Assembly: GCA_020184695.1 (NCBI GenBank)
Contig: JAANOX010000087.1
Coordinates: 397,850 to 461,849, forward strand
Reading direction: 5' to 3'
DNA: 64,000 nucleotides
DNA from: Histomonas meleagridis 2922-C6/04-290x
Lineage: Eukaryota; Protista; Parabasalia
Shown: positions 18,305 to 28,430 of the stretch, in pieces
How positions within the stretch are numbered: the first letter of the stretch is position 1
Layout: each line of letters starts with the position of its first letter
Position numbers and translations under genes: made by a program
Notes under the pieces: model-generated
The model's database searches: none
The model's input: only the letters and a program-made list of their open reading frames with translations
What the model was told of the DNA's origin: nothing

Positions 18305-21301
18305 ATGCCAGCAAAAAAGATCAGAAGAAAATTAAAGAGTTCCAAAACTAAAACAAAAACAATTGAACTCCCAAAAGAAGAAGAATGTAATGTGGAACCA
18401 GAAAACTTTGAAAATTATCAATTAGGTGATAAGCTTGGGAAAGGTGCATTTGGTAGTGTATACCAGGGACTTGATGTAAACACAGGAGGCCTTGTTGCAA
18501 TTAAAACCATTGCTCTTCAAAAAGCAAAAGGCAATCTTACTGGCATTCAAAATGAAATTGAACTAATGTCTGGTTTAAATAATGAACATATTGTTAAGTA
18601 TATTGGTTCACATAAAACAAAATATTATTTATATATTATTATGGAATTTGCTGAAGGAGGATCTCTCCAACATATGCAAAAAAAATTTACTAATTTTGGT
18701 GAGCATTTAGCAGCAACATACATATACCAAGTTTTACTGGGCCTAAAATATTTACATTCTCAATCAATTATTCATCGCGACATAAAGGCAGCAAATATAT
18801 TAATTAGCAATAACATAGCAAAACTATCAGATTTTGGAATTTCTGTTAATATAAATGATTCCGCTCATCAAGCAGACATGAGCACACAATTATCAGCATA
18901 TTGGTCAGCCCCTGAAGTTATTAATATGGAACCAATCACCGAAAAGAGTGACATTTGGTCTCTTGGGATCACGGCCATTGAAATGTTTTCAGGTGAGCCA
19001 CCATATTTTAATCTTGCTCCTATTCCTGCCATGTTTAAAATTGTTCAAAATCAAGAAACACCTCTTCCAGATGGTATTTCGAGTGACTTTAAAGAATTTC
19101 TTCTTGGATGTCTTACGCGTGATGTAACCTTTCGGAAGACTATTGATGAATTAATTAATTCACGATGGATTCAACGAAATTTAAGAAATGAGTACGGCAA
19201 TGTAAACATTTCAAAAAGTTTATCGGCTCACATTGATGATTTTATTGAGAAATCATCTGATGATTTATTTGATAATTCCGATAAAGCGAAAAATGATAGT
19301 GATGCATTACTTGCATTTGCAGATGATGATGATGGTTTTGATATTGATAGTAGTGATGAAGCATCATTAATACCAATGGTTAAATCACAAACATTTAATA
19401 ACAAAGTTGATTTTCTTAGTCTTGATGATAATGATGAATCCGATGATAAAATTGATCAAAATAATGAAGTTCAAACACTTGATGACTTTGTAGAAGATGA
19501 TAATGATTCGAGTGATGATGGATTTGATGTTTTCGATGATTCTGATTCAAACAATTCGAAACCTTTAACTTCTTTAGTTCTAACACAACCAACTAAAACG
19601 AATCGAAAAGGAATACCTAAAAATCTTGATGATATTTTTGAAGATGATGATGATCAATTTGATCAACAAACTAAAGTCATGAAGAATACAATCACAACAT
19701 TAAATTCTATTCTTCAAATGATTGATAATCCTGATATGGAATCACAAGTTAAAGCATCATGTGATAATTTAATTAATACTTTCAAGAAAGAGAAATTTGT
19801 TAAAGAACAATTATCGGTATATCATGGAGTTATACCAATTGTTGAAATTGTTCAAACACATAACCAAAAATTACTTGAGATTGCATTACCAATGATAATA
19901 TATGCATCGAAAGGGAATATGGAAATGTTAATATCTATGTGTATCATCGGTATATTACCATATTTATTTGAATATGTAGTCGAACCTGAATATTCCGAAA
20001 ACATACAAATAAAATCATTAAAAATATTACGAAATATTTGCGCAGTTAAAATGAAACCACTTCAAATGTTTATAGCTGCAGGAGGACTTACGAAGTTATC
20101 ACAAATTCTTGAGTTACATCCATATTTGAAATATCCTAAATTCACAATTTTTGTTGTGGATATTATCGATAGTGTATTTACATTTAAATGTGATACACCT
20201 AAATCATGTTTTGCTCGAATAATGGCTCAATCGAATTTAATTGATCATTTAGTTGATCGATATGTAGAAACGGACGATCAAATTCTTCTCGAAAAGTTGT
20301 GCAAGATATTCGAAACTTTTTCAAACGCCGATACACTCGTTAAATTAAAAATGGCGACTCCAGAATTCATTGATAAAATCTTTAAACGTGCGCGATTTAA
20401 ATGGACTAAGAATAAAGCTGCGTCAGCTATAGGTCTTTCTGATTGGAATTTATTCTTTATCATGCAAATGATCAATAACTTAACATTAAATCCTGATGTC
20501 GTTTCTAAACTTTGGGAAACAGAATTAGCCAAAATGTTATCAGAATATTTGAAAATCGACAAAAACAATTATGATCAATTTACTATGAATCCCACATTAA
20601 ATATATGTTTTTCTGCATTATTTAATTTATCACGTTCATTAAGTACAAATAAATTTGCATCCATTGCGCCATTAATACCATTTTTAACATATATAATACG
20701 TACCAATCATAAATTAAAATCATTAGCAATCCCTCTATTTTTAGAATTTGTAAATTTACATTCTAATAATAAAAATGTTCGAATTCGACTTGAACAAAAT
20801 AATGGCTTAGACACATTATTCCATTTATATAAAGTGCAATTACATAAAGATCAAATAATATTTTCATTTTCTCAATGGGCGAAAAATAATAATCAAATCA
20901 TTTATGAATATTTACATAATCATATGAAAGAATTTATGGATATTTTAATAAACACAATCGAAAATGAAACTCCTGATCAAAAGACACTTGTTGTTACTCG
21001 AGCAACAGAATTATGTGACATTATAAAACCTTTAGAATTAGAGATGTCACAAGACGCGCGATTTTTAGACACAATAATAAATCAAATGAAATCAGACAAA
21101 TTAAAAGATGCACCTGAAGCACGTGCAGCGTTTTCGAATTTGATTCTTCAGTTCTTTCAAATCGGTAATGATAATGAAATTAGGAAAAATGCTATACAAG
21201 TCGCACAACTTTTATCAGAAGATGCTTCTTCTTCTGTTAGAAGTATTGGTAATGTTATATACGAATCGATTAATTCAAACGAGAAAGATATTGATATATA
21301 A
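18305..21301 (+). CDS. STE-group kinase, Cdc15/SepH(Cdc7)-like with acidic linker and helical-repeat C-terminus
   Basis: GKGAFG, VAIK, HRDIKAAN, DFG and APE are intact; YHGVIPIVEI and CIIGILP-type helical region resemble SIN/MEN kinases. Confidence 0.8.
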   Translation: MPAKKIRRKLKSSKTKTKTIELPKEEECNVEPENFENYQLGDKLGKGAFGSVYQGLDVNTGGLVAIKTIALQKAKGNLTGIQNEIELMSGLNNEHIVKYIGSHKTKYYLYIIMEFAEGGSLQHMQKKFTNFGEHLAATYIYQVLLGLKYLHSQSIIHRDIKAANILISNNIAKLSDFGISVNINDSAHQADMSTQLSAYWSAPEVINMEPITEKSDIWSLGITAIEMFSGEPPYFNLAPIPAMFKIVQNQETPLPDGISSDFKEFLLGCLTRDVTFRKTIDELINSRWIQRNLRNEYGNVNISKSLSAHIDDFIEKSSDDLFDNSDKAKNDSDALLAFADDDDGFDIDSSDEASLIPMVKSQTFNNKVDFLSLDDNDESDDKIDQNNEVQTLDDFVEDDNDSSDDGFDVFDDSDSNNSKPLTSLVLTQPTKTNRKGIPKNLDDIFEDDDDQFDQQTKVMKNTITTLNSILQMIDNPDMESQVKASCDNLINTFKKEKFVKEQLSVYHGVIPIVEIVQTHNQKLLEIALPMIIYASKGNMEMLISMCIIGILPYLFEYVVEPEYSENIQIKSLKILRNICAVKMKPLQMFIAAGGLTKLSQILELHPYLKYPKFTIFVVDIIDSVFTFKCDTPKSCFARIMAQSNLIDHLVDRYVETDDQILLEKLCKIFETFSNADTLVKLKMATPEFIDKIFKRARFKWTKNKAASAIGLSDWNLFFIMQMINNLTLNPDVVSKLWETELAKMLSEYLKIDKNNYDQFTMNPTLNICFSALFNLSRSLSTNKFASIAPLIPFLTYIIRTNHKLKSLAIPLFLEFVNLHSNNKNVRIRLEQNNGLDTLFHLYKVQLHKDQIIFSFSQWAKNNNQIIYEYLHNHMKEFMDILINTIENETPDQKTLVVTRATELCDIIKPLELEMSQDARFLDTIINQMKSDKLKDAPEARAAFSNLILQFFQIGNDNEIRKNAIQVAQLLSEDASSSVRSIGNVIYESINSNEKDIDI

Positions 21302-21305
21302 TTAA

Positions 21306-24300
21306 TTAATTATATATCTTCCGTAAATTTGGTACAGGTGCTTTCTTGTTAATAAGAATTTCGATTTCGGATGATGACGATGACGTTGAAGTAGTTTCAT
21401 CTTCACTACTTTCAAATGTTATCTTTCTAACCATGGTTAAATTGTTTCTTTTTAAAGGTATATTTGGTTGTTGTTTTTTGTCTGATTTTTTTGTGGTATT
21501 ATTGTTTTCTGTGTTTCGTTTTAATGGTACTTTTGGTGTTTGTTTATTATTATTATTGTTATTATTTTCGTCGTTATTTTGGATAATTTCATTTGTTTCG
21601 TTTTGATTAAGATTTAATGAATTTGATTTCTTTTTGATTTTAAAGATATAAATTAATATTATAATAACGATAATTATAATTATTACAATATTTATAACTA
21701 ATACTATAATCCATGAGTTAGAACTAGAATTAGATGTAAATGTTGGAATATCAGTTAAATATATTTTTAAACATGAACGATATGAATAATCGGGTTCTAT
21801 ACATTCTGTTCTAAGTAAATTATTTATGTTATTATTTCCTGTATTATATGTAATTTTATTTATTAAAGTTGAACAATTAATATTAATTCCACATATTAAA
21901 TTATATCTTTTATTGACATATTTAGTAAAATTATTAATTTTATTAACATATATTAAATTTAAACGATTTATATTTATATTATTTATATCAATATAAGGAA
22001 ATGAATCAAATTCAAAATACATTGTAATATCCAAATTACTATTTTCTAAATTATTTATTGTTAATGATGACCCTTCAGACATATTAATATTTGTAATTTG
22101 TGCTTTGTTTACATTAAATGAAACATTTGGATTAATTGTTAAATAATTTGCATGAAATCCATTCGTTAAATATGTAAATGTTGAATTAGATATTATATTA
22201 ACATTTGAATATGTAATATAACCATTATCTCCATAATTTATAGTTTGTGTTCCATATAATTCGATATTATCTGAAATTTGATAATTTGTAGAATTAACAA
22301 GAAATTGGAAATTAGTTCCATAACAAAGAATTGGGATATTTAATATAGGTACATAATTAATTATACCTGAAACAATATCAAAATTAATTCTCATATTTCC
22401 ATTTATATTAATATTGTCCCAAGTTCCATTAAAAATTAATTCAACTACTGAATTAGGAATTGGTTCATGAACACTAAAATAATTGTTGACGTTATATGAA
22501 TGAAAATCTATTGTAATTCCTTTAATAGTATTTTCTAAGCAATTTAAATAAAGTTGTGTTTGAGAATATGGATGTATAATAATATTATTAGAATTAAATC
22601 GATTTATATTATTAATTAAAATTTCTGTTGAAGTAAATGAAATAACATTTTCAGTATTACTTATAAATAAATCTAAATTTTGGAAATTTCCAGTATAATT
22701 CATTAATATAATTGTTGAATAATCTATTATAACATTATTAGAATTAATTAAAATTGATTTTGGTTGATTAACTAATACACAATCAGTCATTAGAAATGTT
22801 GTTGATTGAATTATTGAGCCACTTGTAAACATTACACGACATTTATTGATACAAAAATAATTTAAATTATTTGCATTATTTGAAATGTCAATATAAATAT
22901 TTGGAATTGAATCACTTCCATTAATTATAAGTATAGAATTTGTTGGAAAACTTGCTAAACGTATAATTTGTGTATCTATACATGAATCATAAATTGATAT
23001 TATAAATATATTAACATTATTATCAATAACATTTTCTAAATATGGTATATCTTCAATTGTTAATTTTATATGTGTTTGTGGACAATTTGTTTGTTGAGAA
23101 GATATACAAATTGCTTGAATAAAATCAGAAGAAAATGTATTGGTATTAATGCCAATACATTCCATAGAATTTATATAATTAAAACATTGTTTTACATATT
23201 TACTTGATTGTAAACCATTTTCTAATATATTCCATTCATTACAATTTATGTTGAAAATATTACAAAATAATGGAATTTTATTATTAATAAGCAAATTATA
23301 TCCTAAAATATTTGGTGCGTTTCCTATTGTTGAATTAATATTTAATGTTTTTGTTCCAGAATTATAATTAAATATTCCAGTTATTGTTGATACAGTTAAA
23401 TCTTCATTTAATATTAAATCAACATTAACATTAACATTTGAACTTAAAATTGAATTTTTGGTTGATATTGTATTAGAATCAATTGATTTAGATATAACTG
23501 ATAATGGTGTAGAAAAATAATCAGTATTTGTGAGCTTTTCAATGATTAGGCCGATAGAATTTGGATATGTTAACTGAAAATTACCGTTTAAAACTCTTTC
23601 TAATGAATAAAAAGAAAAATTAATTGGTACTGCTAAATTGGTTTGTATTTGAATTGAATCATACATATTAATCGAACCTTGAATTGATGCATTGTTTAAA
23701 TTTACATTTATAATATAATTATTATAAGCATCAATATTAATTGGAATATTACTTCCTGAAATTTCAAAGTCAACACCAAGTGCAAAGTTACCAACAGATA
23801 TTTTTCTACACCCTATTGGCCAATTAAATCCACTAAATACTATTCGTGGACGAATGTTTGACCATGGGTTAATTTGTATCGGAATAAAATCATTTATCTG
23901 AATATTATTCATACAAGAAAGAATATATTCATTCCCAAAGATATTAATAGTAAATGAAGATCCTTCTTGTATGTTAAATGTGATGGAATATGTTTGTTTG
24001 AATGAAATGTTATAACTTCCAAAAATTATTTCTGAATTTTTCTGGATATAAGCTGAAACATCAGGAGGATTGTTGCCAGGTAAAAAAGTATAAGATTTAT
24101 CATTTTGAAGATTTGAAGGATCAATTATTCCAAAATTTATACTTTCGACTTGTACCGTTCGAAAACGTTCAAAATTGTCAAGGGATAACTGAGCTGTTTT
24201 AGCACGCAGGTTATATGATTGATTTTGTGGAAAACTAATATCAGATAATGAACACAAAAAAAAATCAAAACGTAAATATCCTAACCCAGAATCATCTTGA

Positions 24301-24608
24301 ATAATAACGTTTGAATTTTGAAGAATAAAATTAATAAACATATGTGTGGAATTTAAATGAATGTTAACATTGTATTTTGTTGTAATAGAATTTATTGAAA
24401 AATATTGGCAATTGTCATATGCATATACATCATTTGATAATTGTGTGAATAAATTTAGCTGAACATTAGTTTGATTTTGATATATTTCAGAATTAAATGT
24501 TGAAGAAGTTACATTGATCGCATTTGAACATTCACTTGTTAGACTGGATTCACTTTCATAAATACAATATGTCTCTGCCTTTATAAGACAGATGAAATAA
24601 AATAACAT
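21306..24608 (-). CDS. Large Asn/Ile-rich type I membrane (surface) protein
   Basis: Short hydrophobic N-terminus, recurring Cys clusters, one transmembrane segment (WIIVLVINIVIIIIIVIIILIYIF) and a basic/acidic cytoplasmic tail. Confidence 0.75.
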   Translation of the reverse strand: MLFYFICLIKAETYCIYESESSLTSECSNAINVTSSTFNSEIYQNQTNVQLNLFTQLSNDVYAYDNCQYFSINSITTKYNVNIHLNSTHMFINFILQNSNVIIQDDSGLGYLRFDFFLCSLSDISFPQNQSYNLRAKTAQLSLDNFERFRTVQVESINFGIIDPSNLQNDKSYTFLPGNNPPDVSAYIQKNSEIIFGSYNISFKQTYSITFNIQEGSSFTINIFGNEYILSCMNNIQINDFIPIQINPWSNIRPRIVFSGFNWPIGCRKISVGNFALGVDFEISGSNIPINIDAYNNYIINVNLNNASIQGSINMYDSIQIQTNLAVPINFSFYSLERVLNGNFQLTYPNSIGLIIEKLTNTDYFSTPLSVISKSIDSNTISTKNSILSSNVNVNVDLILNEDLTVSTITGIFNYNSGTKTLNINSTIGNAPNILGYNLLINNKIPLFCNIFNINCNEWNILENGLQSSKYVKQCFNYINSMECIGINTNTFSSDFIQAICISSQQTNCPQTHIKLTIEDIPYLENVIDNNVNIFIISIYDSCIDTQIIRLASFPTNSILIINGSDSIPNIYIDISNNANNLNYFCINKCRVMFTSGSIIQSTTFLMTDCVLVNQPKSILINSNNVIIDYSTIILMNYTGNFQNLDLFISNTENVISFTSTEILINNINRFNSNNIIIHPYSQTQLYLNCLENTIKGITIDFHSYNVNNYFSVHEPIPNSVVELIFNGTWDNININGNMRINFDIVSGIINYVPILNIPILCYGTNFQFLVNSTNYQISDNIELYGTQTINYGDNGYITYSNVNIISNSTFTYLTNGFHANYLTINPNVSFNVNKAQITNINMSEGSSLTINNLENSNLDITMYFEFDSFPYIDINNININRLNLIYVNKINNFTKYVNKRYNLICGININCSTLINKITYNTGNNNINNLLRTECIEPDYSYRSCLKIYLTDIPTFTSNSSSNSWIIVLVINIVIIIIIVIIILIYIFKIKKKSNSLNLNQNETNEIIQNNDENNNNNNNKQTPKVPLKRNTENNNTTKKSDKKQQPNIPLKRNNLTMVRKITFESSEDETTSTSSSSSEIEILINKKAPVPNLRKIYN

Positions 24609-25588
24609 TTTCTTTATTTTTAAACGTAATCATCACCTTTCTAAATATTTAAACGTTTTTGTATATCATTCAAATAATTCAGTAACTGTATTGAAATTAT
24701 TTTAACGTTGAACAATTTCAAAAACAAACGTCAAAAAAAACGGTCGTTTGGGAGCTGTATTCCTTAGGCTTGCATTCTCATCCTATAAAGTCGAACGAAC
24801 ATTATATCGCTTGATGGGCCTACAGCTTTATTAGGTTCTGTTGCAATACATAATGTACAAATGCTAATAGAATATAAAAACGACAAATGAATTTACTTTC
24901 ATATGATGACAAGACGGTTACTGAACACGTTGTAATTTCAGATGTAGAAAAAACTAATGAAAGTGCTTTTTATCAATGGACTTTAATATCAACTGCAGTT
25001 ATTAGTTTTTGCATCGTCATCAGTTATAACAGATGCTTATCAAAATGACGCATATTACTATTCATCAACTGTCCCCTAATTTCTTAAACAGCAGTACAAA
25101 TTTGTCGAGAAGAAAAAGATCGCCGGAAATATTAAAGCTTCAAATTCTCAAGCGGGCGCAATGTCTATGCAATATCATGCACGATTATAACGATTGACAA
25201 AATAATAGAAAATTTTATACGTTGGATAGCAATGAAGAAGTAATATTTCTTTAATTACCTTAATTACCTTAATTACCTTGTTATGTAATAAAAACAAAGT
25301 TTGTTTTTAACTATTTTTAATTTTTAAATGATTGAACTAAAAATTAATTTTGTTATACATAAGCAACAAGCCATTTAAGAGATCTTTTTAATGATATTTC
25401 TATTTAGGACAGAGTTGGCCTAGCATTCTCTGATAATATTCAACGTAATGATAATATAATGAATAAAGTGTTTTTAATTTGGGTACATTGGCTTAGAGTT
25501 AGTATTTGCAAAGATATTTCTGTTTCGATTTTGAATCAAGAAAACTGTCGATAATAGGGAAGCAACTGACAGTTGTCAATAAAACAAA

Positions 25589-27773
25589 ATGATTACTGAA
25601 CAACAGACAGATAAAAATTCTCAAAATGAATATGAAAAAATTATGTTTATCATGAACATAATTTTTGGTCTGAACAAAGAAAATATTTGTCAAAAAGCAA
25701 AACAAATTTTTGAAGGATTTGATGATACTTATCCAATTTCTTTTAATACACTTGTTTCACAAATAACTTATTTATTATTTGTTATAAAAATAATTGACAT
25801 TGAGACATTTTTGGGTTTTATTAAAGAGATTGAAGCATTAGAAGAAAGAAATAAATGCAAGTCATCAATATTTAATGCCCTTACATCTTTTCTAATCAAA
25901 AAAGATACACAAGAATCAAGATTTATTCTATATAACATGATTAAACATAATTTCATTGAATCGAAAAATATCCCAAAAGCTCCATATTTTGCACAATACA
26001 TGTCAGAAAAAGAGATTATATCATTGCGTAAAGATATATATTTAAGACAACTCATAGAAAATTGTGAAGAACTTTCTCAGAATGATTGGGAACTTCATAA
26101 GCAATTAATTAAAGAAGGTGTTAATCCGAATGAAATTGCAAAAATAATTCGAAATGATGAAATCGAAAAACTTCAAGAAATATCATCACAAACAAATTTT
26201 GATTTTAATCAAACAATTGAACCATCACTTTATGAAAGACATTCATTTATTAACCATTGGAATGTTTCATTAATTGATTATGCAGCATTTTTTGGATCAG
26301 TTAAATGTTTTAAATATTTACTTATGAATGGTTCAAATGTAAATAACACAGGTAAATATGCAGTTGCAGGTGAAAATGAAGAAATCATTCATTTATGTGA
26401 ACAAAATCATTCATCATTTGAAGGTGCATATGAAACAGCAATAGAATTTCATCGAAATAATATCTTTAAATATTTTTATGAAAATAAAATTGTTGAAATT
26501 AGGAGTTTGGAAGAATTAGGAACAAAATGTATTTTATATGATAATTATAAAATTTTTGCATTTTTAGAAAAAAAAGGAATGAAAATTAATGAATCGATTA
26601 TAAATGAATCAGCAAAAACTGGAAATTTATATCTCGTCAAATATTTTCTGAAAGAAAATGAAATCCCAAAAAATATTTTAAAATGTTCGATTGAATCATG
26701 GAATGTTGAACTTGTTAAATATATATTAAATCAAAAAGAAATTGATATTAATAGTAAAGATATTTATTTATTTAATTTAATTTTTATTTAATAAAATTAA
26801 TATTTTAAAATAATATTTGAAAATTATTTAAACATTTTAAAACAGCACTTATTTTAGCATCTGAAAATGGTCATATTGAAATCGTTAAATTACTTCTTGA
26901 ACAAGAAGGAATAGATATTAATGCTAAAGATATTTATTTATTTTATTTAAAATTTATTTTAATAATTTTATATTTCAAAATAATATTTGGAAATTATTTA
27001 AATTATTTAGAACAGCACTTATTTGTGCATCTGAATATGGTCGTACAGAAATCTTTAAATTACTTCTTGAGCAAAAAGGAATTGATATTAATGCTAAAAA
27101 TATTTATTTGTTTTATTTAAAATTTATTTTAATAATTTTATATTTCAAAGTAATATTTGAAAATTATTTAAGTTATTTAAAACAGCACTTGTATATGCAT
27201 CTGAAAATGGTCGTACAGAAATAGTTAAATTACTTCTTGAACAAAAAGGAATTGATATCAATGATAAAGAAATTTATTTGTTTTATTTGATATTTCAAAA
27301 TAATATATGAAAATTATTTAAACTATTTAAAACAGCACTTATGTATGCATCTGCAAATGGTTGTACAGAAATAGTTAAATTACTTATTGAACAAAAAAGA
27401 ATTGATATTAATATCAAAAATATTTATTTGTTTTAATTAAAATTTATTTTAATTATTTGCTATTTCAAAATAATATTTGGAAATTATTCAAATTATTTAA
27501 TACAGCACTTATGTGTGCAGCTGTAGGAGGTCATATAAAAATAGTTAAATTACTTCTTGAACAAAAAGGAATTGATATTAATGCTAAAAATATTTATATG
27601 TTTTAATTAAAATTTATTTTAATTATTTGCTATTTCAAAATAATATTTGGAAATTATTTAAATTATTTCAAACAGCGTTTATGTTAGCATCTTTAAGAGG
27701 TCATACAATGATAGTTAAATTACTTCTTGAACAAGAAGGAATTGATATTAATGCTAAAGATATTTTTCAGTAA
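25589..27773 (+). CDS. DUF3447-type protein with C-terminal ankyrin array; six ankyrin cores separated by non-canonical inserts
   Basis: The ORF 25589-26791 stops inside the first insert. Stop-free ankyrin cores follow at 26842-26931, 27012-27101, 27182-27271, 27332-27421, 27502-27591 and 27672-27761, ending IFQ-TAA at 27773. Joining these into one CDS is inference. Confidence 0.7.
26762..27671 (+). other. Six homologous AT-rich intervening sequences (80, 80, 80, 60, 80, 80 nt) at an identical ankyrin loop position
   Basis: 26762-26841, 26932-27011, 27102-27181, 27272-27331, 27422-27501 and 27592-27671. Each begins ATTTA(T), ends TTT-NNN before ACAGC, and contains a TTTYAAA-RTAATA-TWTGRAA hairpin. 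Confidence 0.9.
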
Positions 27774-28112
27774 TTGATCAATTCATGATTAAGCATTCAG
27801 TAGTTAGAATCAAAAAAAAAAGGAATATCTAAATATTTTAAAAATTATCATAAAATAAAAATTTTGAGCATATTTTAAAAGTACTTTTACCGATATCGAA
27901 TCATTGGGTTATACCAGAAATGATGTAATGTTATTGATTTTATTCAACCCAATATTATTAATAATTTACAAAAGTTACATGAAAAAGAAACAAATTTTCC
28001 AACTTTCGATATTTTTCTTTTTTACTCTTAACTTTTTTATAATTTTAAATCTATTTCTCAATGAGTTTATTTGAAAATATATTACACAAAAAAACATATA
28101 TATTATATCTTA

Positions 28113-28154
28113 TTGTTTGCTTTGCAACTCAAACAACGCGAAGCGTATTCTTGT
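28113..28154 (+). mobile_element. Hairpin + CGAAGCG...TTCTTGT motif, possible Helitron-like 3' terminus (copy 2)
   Basis: 7-bp inverted repeat TTGTTTG/CAAACAA then CGCGAAGCGTATTCTTGT; upstream it shares TCTTAACTTTT...CA(A/T)TGAGTT with copy 1. Confidence 0.4.
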
Positions 28155-28430
28155 TAATTAAATATGATCCAATTAAAAATATAATTAATGTTTATGTAAT
28201 AAATAATTTTGTCATATAAATATTCAAATGGAAATGAATTAGTAAAAATATTTAAATTAATAAATGAATTTGATTTAGTAAATGTATGTGTTTGCCATGA
28301 GTATTGTGAACACTCATCAATTGGATACATTAATCTTCCTAAATGTTACTGAAATACTATTAAATGCATACGAAATTAGACATTTAATATGGACAAATAA
28401 CAAATATCAAAAATATAAATTTGAGTTCGT

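Noticed and set aside
24780-25060. Coding-like remnant (..DGPTALLGSVAIHNVQ..FYQWTLISTAVISFCIVIS)
   Set aside because: It is broken by stops and has no recognisable family motif; possibly an old pseudogene but unsupported.
25249-25279. TTAATTACC x3 micro-repeat
   Set aside because: Short slippage repeat in AT-rich DNA with no further structure.
26762-27680. Canonical GT-AG or U12 AT-AC splicing of the ankyrin inserts
   Set aside because: GT is present in only four of the six inserts. The only shared AG is inside ACAG of the Thr-Ala codons, and using it breaks the frame and deletes TA of TAL. There is no ATATCC 5' site and no trichomonad ACTAAC branch motif.
26762-27773. CRISPR-like repeat-spacer array
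   Set aside because: Both alternating parts are homologous between units, one part encodes ankyrin cores, the context is eukaryotic, and no cas genes are present.
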